Source of the DNA: Antedon mediterranea
Taxonomy: Eukaryota > Animalia > Echinodermata
NCBI RefSeq assembly: GCF_964355755.1
Contig: NC_092676.1
Location: forward strand, 13,348,871 to 13,412,870
Reading direction: 5' to 3'
DNA: 64,000 nt
This document shows, piece after piece, positions 51,197 to 64,000 of the stretch. How positions within the stretch are numbered: the first letter of the stretch is position 1; each line of letters begins with the position of its first letter. Below the pieces are notes generated by a model that did not search any database, was not told where the DNA came from, and saw only the letters and a program-made list of their open reading frames with translations. A program made the translations under genes and the position numbers.

Positions 51197-54100
51197 TCGA
51201 CCTCGATTTTAAGTACAGACAGTGACCCCGATTTTACTTACAGACATCGACCTAGTTTTAACGTAAAGATATACACCCCGTTTTGACGTACATACATCGA
51301 CAGCGATTTTACGTAAAGACAACGACCCCGATTTCACGAACAGACATCGATCCCGTATTTACGTACAGGCATCGACCCCGATTTTACGTACAGACATCGA
51401 CCCCGATTTTACGTACATACATCGACCCCTATTTTACGTACAGAGATCGACCCAGTTTTTACGTACAGACATCGACCCCGATTTTACGTACAGACATCGA
51501 CCCCGATTTAACGTACATACATCGAACCCGATTTTACGTACAGACATCGACCCCGTTTTGACGTAAAGACTTCGACAGCGATTTTACGTAAAGACAACGA
51601 CCCCGATTTCACGAACAGACATCGATCCCGTATTTACGTACAGGCATCCACCCCGATTTTACGTACAGACATCGACCCCGATTTTACGTACATACATCGA
51701 CCCCTATTTTACGTACAGAGATCGACCCAGTTTTTACGTACAGACATCGACCCCGATTTTACGTACAGACATCGACCCCGATTTAACGTACATACATCGA
51801 ACCCGATTTTACGTACAGACATCGACCCCGTTTTGACGTACAGACTTCGACAGCGATTTTACGTAAAGACAACGACCCCGATTTCACGAACAGACATCGA
51901 TCCCGTATTTACGTACAGGCATCCACTCCGATTTTACGTACAGACATCGACCCCGATTTTACGTACATACATCGACCACTATTTTAAGTACAGAGATCGA
52001 CCCAGTTTTACGTACAGACATCGACCCCGATTTTACGTACAGACATCGACCCCGTTTTTACATAGAGACATCGAATCTGTTTTAACGTACAGACATCGAC
52101 CTAGTTTTTACGTACCGACATCGACCTCAATTTTACGTACAGACATCGACCCCGATTTTACGTACATACATCGACCCCGATTTTACGTACAGACATTGAC
52201 CTCGATTTTACGTACATGCATCGACCCTGATTTTACGTACAGACATCGACCTCGATTTTACGTACATTCATCGACCTAGTTTTGACGTACAGACATCGAC
52301 ACAGATTTTACGCAAAGATATCGACCCCGATTTCACGTACAGACATCGACCACGATTTTACTTGCAGACATCAACACAGTTTTTACGTACAGACAGCGAC
52401 ACCGTTTTACGTACCGATTACGACCCCGATTTTACGTACAGAAATCGACCTAGTTTTTAGGTACAGACATCGACACTGATTTTACGTACAGACATTGACC
52501 CCGATTTTACGTACAGACATCGACCTAGTTTTTACATACAGACATCGACCCCGTTTTTACATACACATATACATCGACCTCGATTTTACGTATAGACATC
52601 GAACCCGTTTTTACGTACAGGTATCGACAATGATTTTACGTACAGTCATTGACCTAGTTTTGAACTACAGACATCGACCACGTTTTTACGTACAGACATC
52701 GACCCTAATTTTACGTACAGACATGTATCTCGATTTTACGTACATACATCGACCACAAATCAACGTAGAGACATCGACCCCGATTTTACGTACAGACATC
52801 GACAATGATTTTACGTACAGACATCGACCCCTATTGTACGTACAGAGATCAACCCAGTTTTTACGTACAGACATCGACCCCGATTTTACGTACATACATC
52901 GACCCCTATTTTACGTACAGAGATCGACCCAGTTTTTACGTACCGACATCGACCTCAATTTTACGTACAGACATCGACCCCGATTTTACGTACATACATC
53001 GACCCCGATTTCACGTACAGACATTGACCTCGATTTTACGTACATGCACCGACCCTGATTTTACGTACAGACATCGACCTCGATTTTACGTACAGTCATC
53101 GACCTAGTTTTGACGTACAGACATCGACACAGATTTTACGCAAAAATATCGACCCCGATTTCACGTACAGACATCGACCACGTTTTTACGTACAGACATC
53201 AACCTAGTTTTTACGTACAGACATCGGCCTAGTTTTTACTTACAGACCTCGACATAGTTTTTATGCAATGACAGCAACCCCGACTTTACGTACAGATATG
53301 GACCCCGATTTTACGTACAGACATCGACCTAGTTTTGAACTACAGATATCGACCACGTTTTTACGTACAGACATCGACCCTGATTTTAAGTACAGACATG
53401 TACCTCGATTTTACATACATACATCGACCAAAAATCAACGTAGAGACATCGACCCCGATTTTACGTAGAGACATCGACAATGATTTTACGTACAGACATC
53501 GACCTAGTTTTGACCTACATACATCGACCTAGTTTTCACGTACAGACATCTACCCCATTTTTACATACAGACATCGATCTAGTTTTTTACGTACAGAGAT
53601 CGACCTAGTTTTTACGCAAGACATCGACCCCGTATTTACGTACAAACGTTGACCTAGGTTTTACGTACATACATCAACTCCGTTTTTACGTAAAGACATC
53701 GACCCCGATTTTACGTACCGACAGCGACCCCGATTTTACGTACAGACATCAACCCCGTTTTGAGGTACAGACATCGACACCGATTTTACGCAAAGACAAC
53801 GATCCCGATTTCACGTACAGACATCGACCCCGATTTTATGTACAGACATCAACCCCGATTTTACGTGCATACATCGACCCCGATTTTACGTACAGACATT
53901 GACCCAGTTTTTACGTACAGACATCAACACCTTTTTACGTAAAGGCATCGACCTAGTTTTTACGTACAGACATCGACCTCGATTTTACGTACATACTTTG
54001 ACCGCTATTTTACGTACAGACATAGACCTCTTTTTACATACAGACAACGATCCCAATTTTACATACAGACATCGACACCAATTTTACGCAAAGACAACGA

Positions 54101-57100
54101 CCCCGATTTCACGAATAGACATCGATTCCGATTTTACGTACATACATCGACCCGATTTTACGTACAGTCATCGACCCAGTTTTTACGTATAGACATTGAC
54201 CTAGTTTCTACGTATAAACATCGACCCCGATTTTACGTACATACATCGACCCCGATTTTACGTACAGACATCGACCCAGATTTTACGTACATACATCGAC
54301 CCCGATTTTACATACATACATCGACTCCTATTTTACATACAGACAACGACCCCGATTTTACGTACAGACATCGACCTAGTTTTGACGTACAGATATCTAC
54401 CCCGTTTTGACGTACAGACATCGACACCAATTTTACGCAAAGACAACGACCCCGATTTCACGAATAGACATCGATCCCGTATTTACGTACAGACATCGAT
54501 CCCGTATTTACTTACAGACATCGACCTAGTTTCCACGTGCAAATATGAACCTCGATTTAACGTACTTATATCGATCCCGATTTGACGTACATACATCGAT
54601 CCCGTATTTACGTACAGACATCGATCCCGTATTTACTTACAGACATCAACCTAGTTTCTACGTACAAACATCGATCCCGATTTGACGTACATACATCGAC
54701 CCCGATTTTACGTACATACATCGACCCCGATTTTACGTACAGTCATCGACCACTATTTTAAGTACAGAGATCGACCCAGTTTTACGTACAGACATCGACC
54801 CCGATTTTACGTACAGACATCGACCCTGATTTTACGTACAGACATCGACCCCGTTTTTACATAGAGACATCGACTCTGTTTTAACGTACAGACATCGACC
54901 TAGTTTTTACGTACCGACATCGACCTCAATTTTACGTACAGACATCGACCCCGATTTTACGTACATACATCGACCCCGATTTTACGTACAGACATTGACC
55001 TCGATTTTACGTACATGCATCGACCCTGATTTTACGTACAGACATCGACCTCGATTTTACGTACATTCATCGACCTAGTTTTGACGTACAGACATCGACA
55101 CAGATTTTACGCAAAGATATCGACCCCGATTTCACGTACAGACATCGACCACGATTTTACTTGCAGACATCAACACAGTTTTTACGTACAGACAGCGACA
55201 CCGTTTTACGTACCGATTACGACCCCGATTTTACGTACAGAAATCGACCTAGTTTTTAGGTACAGACATCGACACTGATTTTACGTACAGACATTGACCC
55301 CGATTTTACGTACAGACATCGACCTAGTTTTTACATACAGACATCGACCCCGTTTTTACATACACATATACATCGACCTCGATTTTACGTATAGACATCG
55401 AACCCGTTTTTACGTACAGGTATCGACAATGATTTTACGTACAGACATTGACCTAGTTTTGAACTACAGACATCGACCACGTTTTTACGTACAGACATCG
55501 ACCCTAATTTTACGTACAGACATGTATCTCGATTTTACGTACATACATCGACCACAAATCAACGTAGAGACATCGACCCCGATTTTACGTACAGACATCG
55601 ACAATGATTTTACGTACAGACATCGACCCCTATTGTACGTACAGAGATCAACCCAGTTTTTACGTACAGACATCGACCCCGATTTTACGTACATACATCG
55701 ACCCCTATTTTACGTACAGAGATCGACCCAGTTTTTACGTACCGACATCGACCTCAATTTTACGTACAGACATCGACCCCGATTTTACGTACATACATCG
55801 ACCCCGATTTTACGTACAGACATTGACCTCGATTTTACGTACATGCACCGACCCTGATTTTACGTACAGACATCGACCTCGATTTTACGTACAGTCATCG
55901 ACCTAGTTTTGACGTACAGACATCGACACAGATTTTACGCAAAAATATCGACCCCGATTTCACGTACAGACATCGACCACGTTTTTACGTACAGACATCA
56001 ACCTAGTTTTTACGTACAGACATCGGCCTAGTTTTTACTTACAGACCTCGACATAGTTTTTATGCAATGACAGCAACCCCGACTTTACGTACAGATATGG
56101 ACCCCGATTTTACGTACAGACATCGACCTAGTTTTGAACTACAGATATCGACCACGTTTTTACGTACAGACATCGACCCTGATTTTAAGTACAGACATGT
56201 ACCTCGATTTTACGTACATACATCGACCAAAAATCAACGTAGCGACATCGACCCCGATTTTACGTAGAGACATCGACAATGATTTTACGTACAGACATCG
56301 ACCTAGTTTTGACCTACATACATCGACCTAGTTTTCACGTACAGACATCTACCCCGTTTTTACATACAGACATCGATCTAGTTTTTTACGTACAGAGATC
56401 GACCTAGTTTTTACGCAAGACATCGACCCCTTATTTACGTACAAACGTTGACCTAGGTTTTACGTACATACATCAACTCCGTTTTTACGTAAAGACATCG
56501 ACCCCGATTTTACGTACCGACAGCGACCCCGATTTTACGTACAGACATCAACCCCGTTTTGAGGTACAGACATCGACACCGATTTTACGCAAAGACAACG
56601 ATCCCGATTTCACGTACAGACATCGACCCCGATTTTATGTACAGACATCAACCCCGATTTTACGTGCATACATCGACCCCGATTTTACGTACAGACATTG
56701 ACCCAGTTTTTACGTACAGACATCAACACCTTTTTACGTACAGACATCGACCTAGTTTTTACGTACAGACATCGACCTCGATTTTACGTACATACTTTGA
56801 CCGCTATTTTACGTACAGACATAGACCTCTTTTTACATACAGACAACGATCCCGATTTTACATACAGACATCGACACCAATTTTACGCAAAGACAACGAC
56901 CCCGATTTCACGAATAGACATCGATTCCGATTTTACGTACATACATCGACCCGATTTTACGTACAGTCATCGACCCAGTTTTTACGTATAGACATTGACC
57001 TAGTTTCTACGTATAAACATCGACCCCGATTTTACGTACATACATCGACCCCGATTTTACGTACAGACATCGACCCCGATTTTACGTACATACATCGACC

Positions 57101-60100
57101 CCGATTTTACATACATACATCGACTCCTATTTTACATACAGACAACGACCCCGATTTTACGTACAGACATCGACCTAGTTTTGACGTACAGATATCTACC
57201 CCGTTTTGACGTACAGACATCGACACCAATTTTACGCAAAGACAACGACCCCGATTTCACGAATAGACATCGATCCCGTATTTACGTACAGACATCGATC
57301 CCGTATTTACTTACAGACATCGACCTAGTTTCTACGTGCAAATATGAACCTCGATTTAACGTACTTATATCGATCCCGATTTGACGTACATACATCGATC
57401 CCGTATTTACGTACAGACATCGATCCCGTATTTACTTACAGACATCAACCTAGTTTCTACGTACAAACATCGATCCCGATTTGACGTACATACATCGACC
57501 CCGATTTTACGTACATACATCGACCCCGATTTTACGTACAGTCATCGACCCAGTTTTTACGTACATACATCAACCTCGATTTTACGTACAGACATTGACC
57601 CCGATTTTACGTACATACATCGACCCCGATTTTACATACATACATCGACTCCTATTTTACATACAGACAACGACCCCGATTTTACGTACAGACATCGACC
57701 TAGTTTTGACTTACAGATATCTACCCCGTTTTGACGTACAGACATCGACACCAATTTTACGCAAAGACAACGACCCCGATTTCACGAATATACATCGATC
57801 CCGTATTTACGTACAGACATCGATCCCGTATTTACTTACAGACATCGACCTAGTTTCTACGTGCAAATATCAACCTCGATTTAACGTACTTATATCGATC
57901 CCGATTTGACTTACATACATCGATCCCGTATTTACGTACAGACATCGATCCCGTATTTACTTACAGACATCGACCTAGTTTCTACGTACAAACATCGATC
58001 CCGATTTAACGTACATACATCGACCCCGATTTTACGTACATACATCGACCCCGATTTCACTTACATACATCGACCACGATTTTACGTACAGACATCGACC
58101 CCGATTTTACGTAAATACATCGACCCGATTTTACGTACAGTCATCGACACAGTTTTTACGTACAGACATCGACCCCGATTTTCCGTACACGCATCGACTC
58201 CGATTTAACGTACAAACATCGATCCCGATTTTATGTATACACATCAACCCCGATTTTACGTACAGACATCGACCCCGATTTTACGTACATACATCGACCC
58301 CAAATTTACGTACAGACATCGACCCCGATTTTACGTACAGACATCGACCTAGTTTTTACGTAAAGACATCGACCCTGATCTTACATACAGACATCGACCT
58401 AGTTTTTACGTACAGACATCGACCCCGTTTTTACATACATATATCGACTCCGTTTTTACGTACAGACATTGACCTAGTTTTTACGTACCGACATCAACCT
58501 CAATTATACGTGCAGACATCGACCCCGATTTTACGTACAGACATCGACCTAGCTTTGAACTACAGACATCAACTGCGATTTTACGTACAGACATCGACCT
58601 ACCTTTGAACTAGAGACATCGACACCGGTTTTACGTACAGACAACGACCCCGATTTAACGTACATACATCGAACCCGATTTTACGTACAGACATCGACCC
58701 CGTTTTGACGTACAGACTTCGACAGCGATTTTACGTAAAGACAACGACCCCGATTTCACGAACAGACATCGATCCCGTATTTACGTACAGGCATCCACCC
58801 CGATTTTACGTACAGACATCGACCCCGATTTTACGTACATACATCGACCACTATTTTAAGTACAGAGATCAACCCAGTTTTACGTACAGACATCGACCCC
58901 GATTTTACGTACAGACATCGACCCTGATTTTACGTACAGACATCGACCCCGTTTTTACATAGAGACATCGACTCTGTTTTAACGTACAGACATCGACCTA
59001 GTTTTTACGTACCGACATCGACCTCAATTTTACGTACAGACATCGACCCCGATTTTACGTACATACATCGACCCCGATTTTACGTACAGACATTGACCTC
59101 GATTTTACGTACATGCATCGACCCTGATTTTACGTACAGACATCGACCTCGATTTTACGTACATTCATCGACCTAGTTTTGACGTACAGACATCGACACA
59201 GATTTTACGCAAAGATATCGACCCCGATTTCACGTACAGACATCGACCACGATTTTACTTGCAGACATCAACACAGTTTTTACGTACAGACAGCGACACC
59301 GTTTTACGTACCGATTACGACCCCGATTTTACGTACAGAAATCGACCTAGTTTTTAGGTACAGACATCGACACTGATTTTACGTACAGACATTGACCCCG
59401 ATTTTACGTACAGACATCGACCTAGTTTTTACATACAGACATCGACCCCGTTTTTACATACACATATACATCGACCTCGATTTTACGTATAGACATCGAA
59501 CCCGTTTTTACGTACAGGTATCGACAATGATTTTACGTACAGACATTGACCTAGTTTTGAACTACAGACATCGACCACGTTTTTACGTACAGACATCGAC
59601 CCTAATTTTACGTACAGACATGTATCTCGATTTTACGTACATACATCGACCACAAATCAACGTAGAGACATCGACCCCGATTTTACGTACAGACATCGAC
59701 AATGATTTTACGTACAGACATCGACCCCTATTGTACGTACAGAGATCAACCCAGTTTTTACGTACAGACATCGACCCCGATTTTACGTACATACATCGAC
59801 CCCTATTTTACGTACAGAGATCGACCCAGTTTTTACGTACCGACATCGACCTCAATTTTACGTACAGACATCGACCCCGATTTTACGTACATACATCGAC
59901 CCCGATTTTACGTACAGACATTGACCTCGATTTTACGTACATGCACCGACCCTGATTTTACGTAAAGACATCGACCTCGATTTTACGTACAGTCATCGAC
60001 CTAGTTTTGACGTACAGACATCGACACAGATTTTACGCAAAAATATCGACCCCGATTTCACGTACAGACATCGACCACGTTTTTACGTACAGACATCAAC

Positions 60101-63100
60101 CTAGTTTTTACGTACAGACATCGGCCTAGTTTTTACTTACAGACCTCGACATAGTTTTTATGCAATGACAGCAACCCCGACTTTACGTACAGATATGGAC
60201 CCCGATTTTACGTACAGACATCGACCTAGTTTTGAACTACAGATATCGACCACGTTTTTACGTACAGACATCGACCCTGATTTTAAGTACAGACATGTAC
60301 CTCGATTTTACGTACATACATCGACCAAAAATCAACGTAGAGACATCGACCCTGATTTTAAGTACAGACATGTACCTCGATTTTACGTACATACATCGAC
60401 CTAGTTTTGACCTACATACATCGACCTAGTTTTCACGTACAGACATCTACCCCGTTTTTACATACAGACATCGATCTAGTTTTTTACGTACAGAGATCGA
60501 CCTAGTTTTTACGCAAGACATCGACCCCGTATTTACGTACAAAAGTTGACCTAGGTTTTACGTACATACATCAACTCCGTTTTTACGTAAAGACATCGAC
60601 CCCGATTTTACGTACCGACAGCGACCCCGATTTTACGTACAGACATCAACCCCGTTTTGAGGTACAGACATCGACACCGATTTTGCGCAAAGACAACGAT
60701 CCCGATTTCACGTACAGACATCGACCCCGATTTTATGTACAGACATCAACCCCGATTTTACGTGCATACATCGACCCCGATTTTACGTACAGACATTGAC
60801 CCAGTTTTTACGTACAGACATCAACACCTTTTTACGTACAGACATCAACCTAGTTTTTACGTACAGACATCGACCTCGATTTTACGTACATACTTTGACC
60901 GCTATTTTACGTACAGACATAGACCTCTTTTTACATACAGACAACGATCCCGATTTTACATACAGACATCGACACCAATTTTACGCAAAGACAACGACCC
61001 CGATTTCACGAATAGACATCGATTCCGATTTTACGTACATACATCGACCCGATTTTACGTACAGTCATCGACCCAGTTTTTACGTATAGACATTGACCTA
61101 GTTTCTACGTATAAACATCGACCCCGATTTTACGTACATACATCGACCCCGATTTTACGTACAGACATCGACCCCGATTTTACGTACATACATTGACCCC
61201 GATTTTACATACATACATCGACTCCTATTTTACATACAGACAACGACCCCGATTTTACGTACAGACATCGACCTAGTTTTGAAGTACAGATATCTACCCC
61301 GTTTTGACGTACAGACATCGACACCAATTTTACGCAAAGACAACGACCCCGATTTCACGATTAGACATCGATCCCGTATTTACGTACAGACATCGATCCC
61401 GTATTTACTTACAGACATCGACCTAGTTTCTACGTGCAAATATGAACCTCGATTTAACGTACTTATATCGATCCCGATTTGACGTACATACATCGATCCC
61501 GTATTTACGTACAGACATCGATCCCGTATTTACTTACAGACATCAACCTAGTTTCTACGTACAAACATCGATCCCGATTTGACGTACATACATCGACCCC
61601 GATTTTACGTACATACATCGACCCCGATTTTACGTACAGTCATCGACCCAGTTTTTACGTACATACATCAACCTCGATTTTACGTACAGACATTGACCCC
61701 GATTTTACGTACATACATCGACCCCGATTTTACATACATACATCGACTCATATTTTACATACAGACAACGACCCCGATTTTACGTACAGACATCGACCTA
61801 GTTTTGACGTACAGATATCTACCCCGTTTTGACGTACAGACATCGACACCAATTTTACGCAAAGACAACAACTCCGATTTCACGAATATACATCGATCCC
61901 GTATTTACGTACAGACATCGATCCCGTATTTACTTACAGACATCGACCTAGTTTCTACGTGCAAATATCAACCTCGATTTAACGTACTTATATCGATCCC
62001 GATTTGACTTACATACATCGATCCCGTATTTACGTACAGACATCGATCCCGTATTTACTTACAGACATCGACCTAGTTTCTACGTACAAACATCGATCCC
62101 GATTTAACGTACATACATCGACCCCGATTTTACGTACAAACATCGACCCCGATTTCACTTACATACATCGACCACGATTTTACGTACAGACATCGACCCC
62201 GATTTTACGTAAATACATCGACCCGATTTTACGTACAGTCATCGACACAGTTTTTACGTACAGACATCGACCCCGATTTTCCGTACACGCATCGACTCCG
62301 ATTTAACGTACAAACATCGATCCCGATTTTATGTATACACATCAACCCCGATTTTACGTACAGACATCGACCCCGATTTTACGTACATACATCGACCCCA
62401 AATTGACGTACAGACATCGACCCCGATTTTACGTACAGACATCGACCCCGATTTTACGTACAGACATCGACCTAGTTTTTACGTAAAGACATCGACCCTG
62501 ATTTTACATACAGACATCGACCTAGTTTTTACGTACAGACATCGACCCCGTTTTTACATACATATATCGACTCCGTTTTTACGTACAGACATCGACCTAG
62601 TTTTTACGTACCGACATCGACCTCAATTATACGTGCAGACATCGACCCCGATTTTACGTACAGACATCGACCTAGCTTTGAACTACAGACATCAACTGCG
62701 ATTTTACGTACAGACATTGACCTACCTTTGAACTACAGACATCGACACCGGTTTTACGTACAGACATCGACCCTGATTTTACGTACAGACATCGACCCCG
62801 TCTTTACATACAGACATCGATCTTGTTTTTTAAGTACAGAGATCGACCTAGTTTTTACGTACCGACATCGACCCAGTTTTTACATACAGATATCGAATCC
62901 GATTTTCCGCACAGACATTGACCCCGATTTCACGTGCAGACACCGACCCCATTTTTACGTACAGGCATCGACCCCGATTTAATGTATAGACATCGACCCC
63001 GATTTTATGTACAGACATCGGCCTAGTTTTTATGTACAGACATCGACCTAGTTTTTAGGTACCGACATCGACCTCAATTTTACGTGCAGACATCGACCCC

Positions 63101-64000
63101 GATTTTACGTACAGACATCGACCTAGCTTTGAACTACAGACATCAACTGCCTTTTTACGTAAATATATCGACCCCAATTTTACGTACAGATATCGACCCA
63201 GTTTTTTCGTACAGACATCGACGCCATTTTTACGTACAGACATCGACCCTGATTTTACATACAGAAATGTACCCCGATTTTACGTACAGACATCGACCCC
63301 GATTTTTACGTATAGACATCGACCTTGATTTAACGTACAGACATCGAACCCGTTTTTACGTGCAGAGATCGATCCCGTCTTTACATACAGACATCAACCT
63401 AGTTTTTACGTAAAGACATCGACCCTGATTTTACATACAGACATCGACCTAGTTTTGACGTACAGACATCGATCCCGTTTTTACATACATATATCGACTC
63501 CGTTTTTACGTACAGACATCGACCTAGTTTTTACGTACCGACATCAACCTTGATTTTACGTAGAGACATTGACCCCGATTTTACGTACATACATCGACCT
63601 CGATTTTAGGTACAGACATCGACCCCGATTTTACGTACAGACATCGACCTAGTTTTGACGTACAGACATCGACCCAAATTTCACGATCAGACATCGATCC
63701 CGTATTTACGTACAGATATCGATCTCGTATTTACGTACAGACATCGACCCCGTTTTTACGTAAAGACATTGACCTAGTTTTTATGTACCGACATCGACCA
63801 AGTTTTTACGTACAGAAATCGACCCCGATTTTACGTACAGACATCGAACCCGATTTTACGTACAGACATCGACCCCGATTTTACGTATAGACATCGCCCC
63901 GATTTTACATAAAGTCATCGACCCAGTTTTTACGTACAGACATCGACCTTGATTTTACGTACAGAAATCAACCCCGATTTTACGTACATACATCGACCCC
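51197..64000 (+). repeat. SatD array with kilobase-scale higher-order repeats (offsets 2799 and 4098 bp; 525-bp subrepeat)
   Basis: Near-identical variant strings at 52282/55081/59179, 56559/60657 and 57381/57906. The array runs off the right edge. Confidence 0.96.

Noticed and set aside
16315-63413. Dozens of ORFs with YRHRPRFYVQTSTPILRTDID repeats (up to 339 aa)
   Set aside because: They are translations of the 25-bp satellite, whose consensus lacks stops in the forward frames. There is no gene structure.
16169-64000. CRISPR-like appearance of short regular repeats
   Set aside because: The units are head-to-tail with no unique spacers, there are no cas genes, and the context is eukaryotic.

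Overview
This is AT-rich eukaryotic (animal, probably invertebrate) heterochromatin-like DNA, not a prokaryotic locus, and I can support no intact host gene. Most of the window is a patchwork of tandem repeats: SatA (~260 bp, tRNA-derived), SatB (~88 bp), SatC (~186/133 bp), SatD (25 bp) and a (GA)-rich minisatellite. Decayed transposable elements interrupt them: a tRNA-derived SINE-like element, a hAT transposase fragment, two CR1/RTE-group LINE fragments, a Kolobok derivative with TTAA TSD and ~1.4 kb inverted arms, an end-to-end Ngaro/DIRS-type tyrosine-recombinase retrotransposon with split direct repeats and a nested Chapaev-like insertion, and an L1/Tx1 LINE. Nearly all ORFs over the satellites are translation artefacts. 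The most interesting observations are a Pol III-like unit (TATA, A box, B box, oligo-T) in each SatA monomer, a Kolobok built from two copies of the same end, the resolvable recombination core of the Ngaro element, and putative transposon excision footprints. Family assignments come from motif recognition only; no database searches were run.
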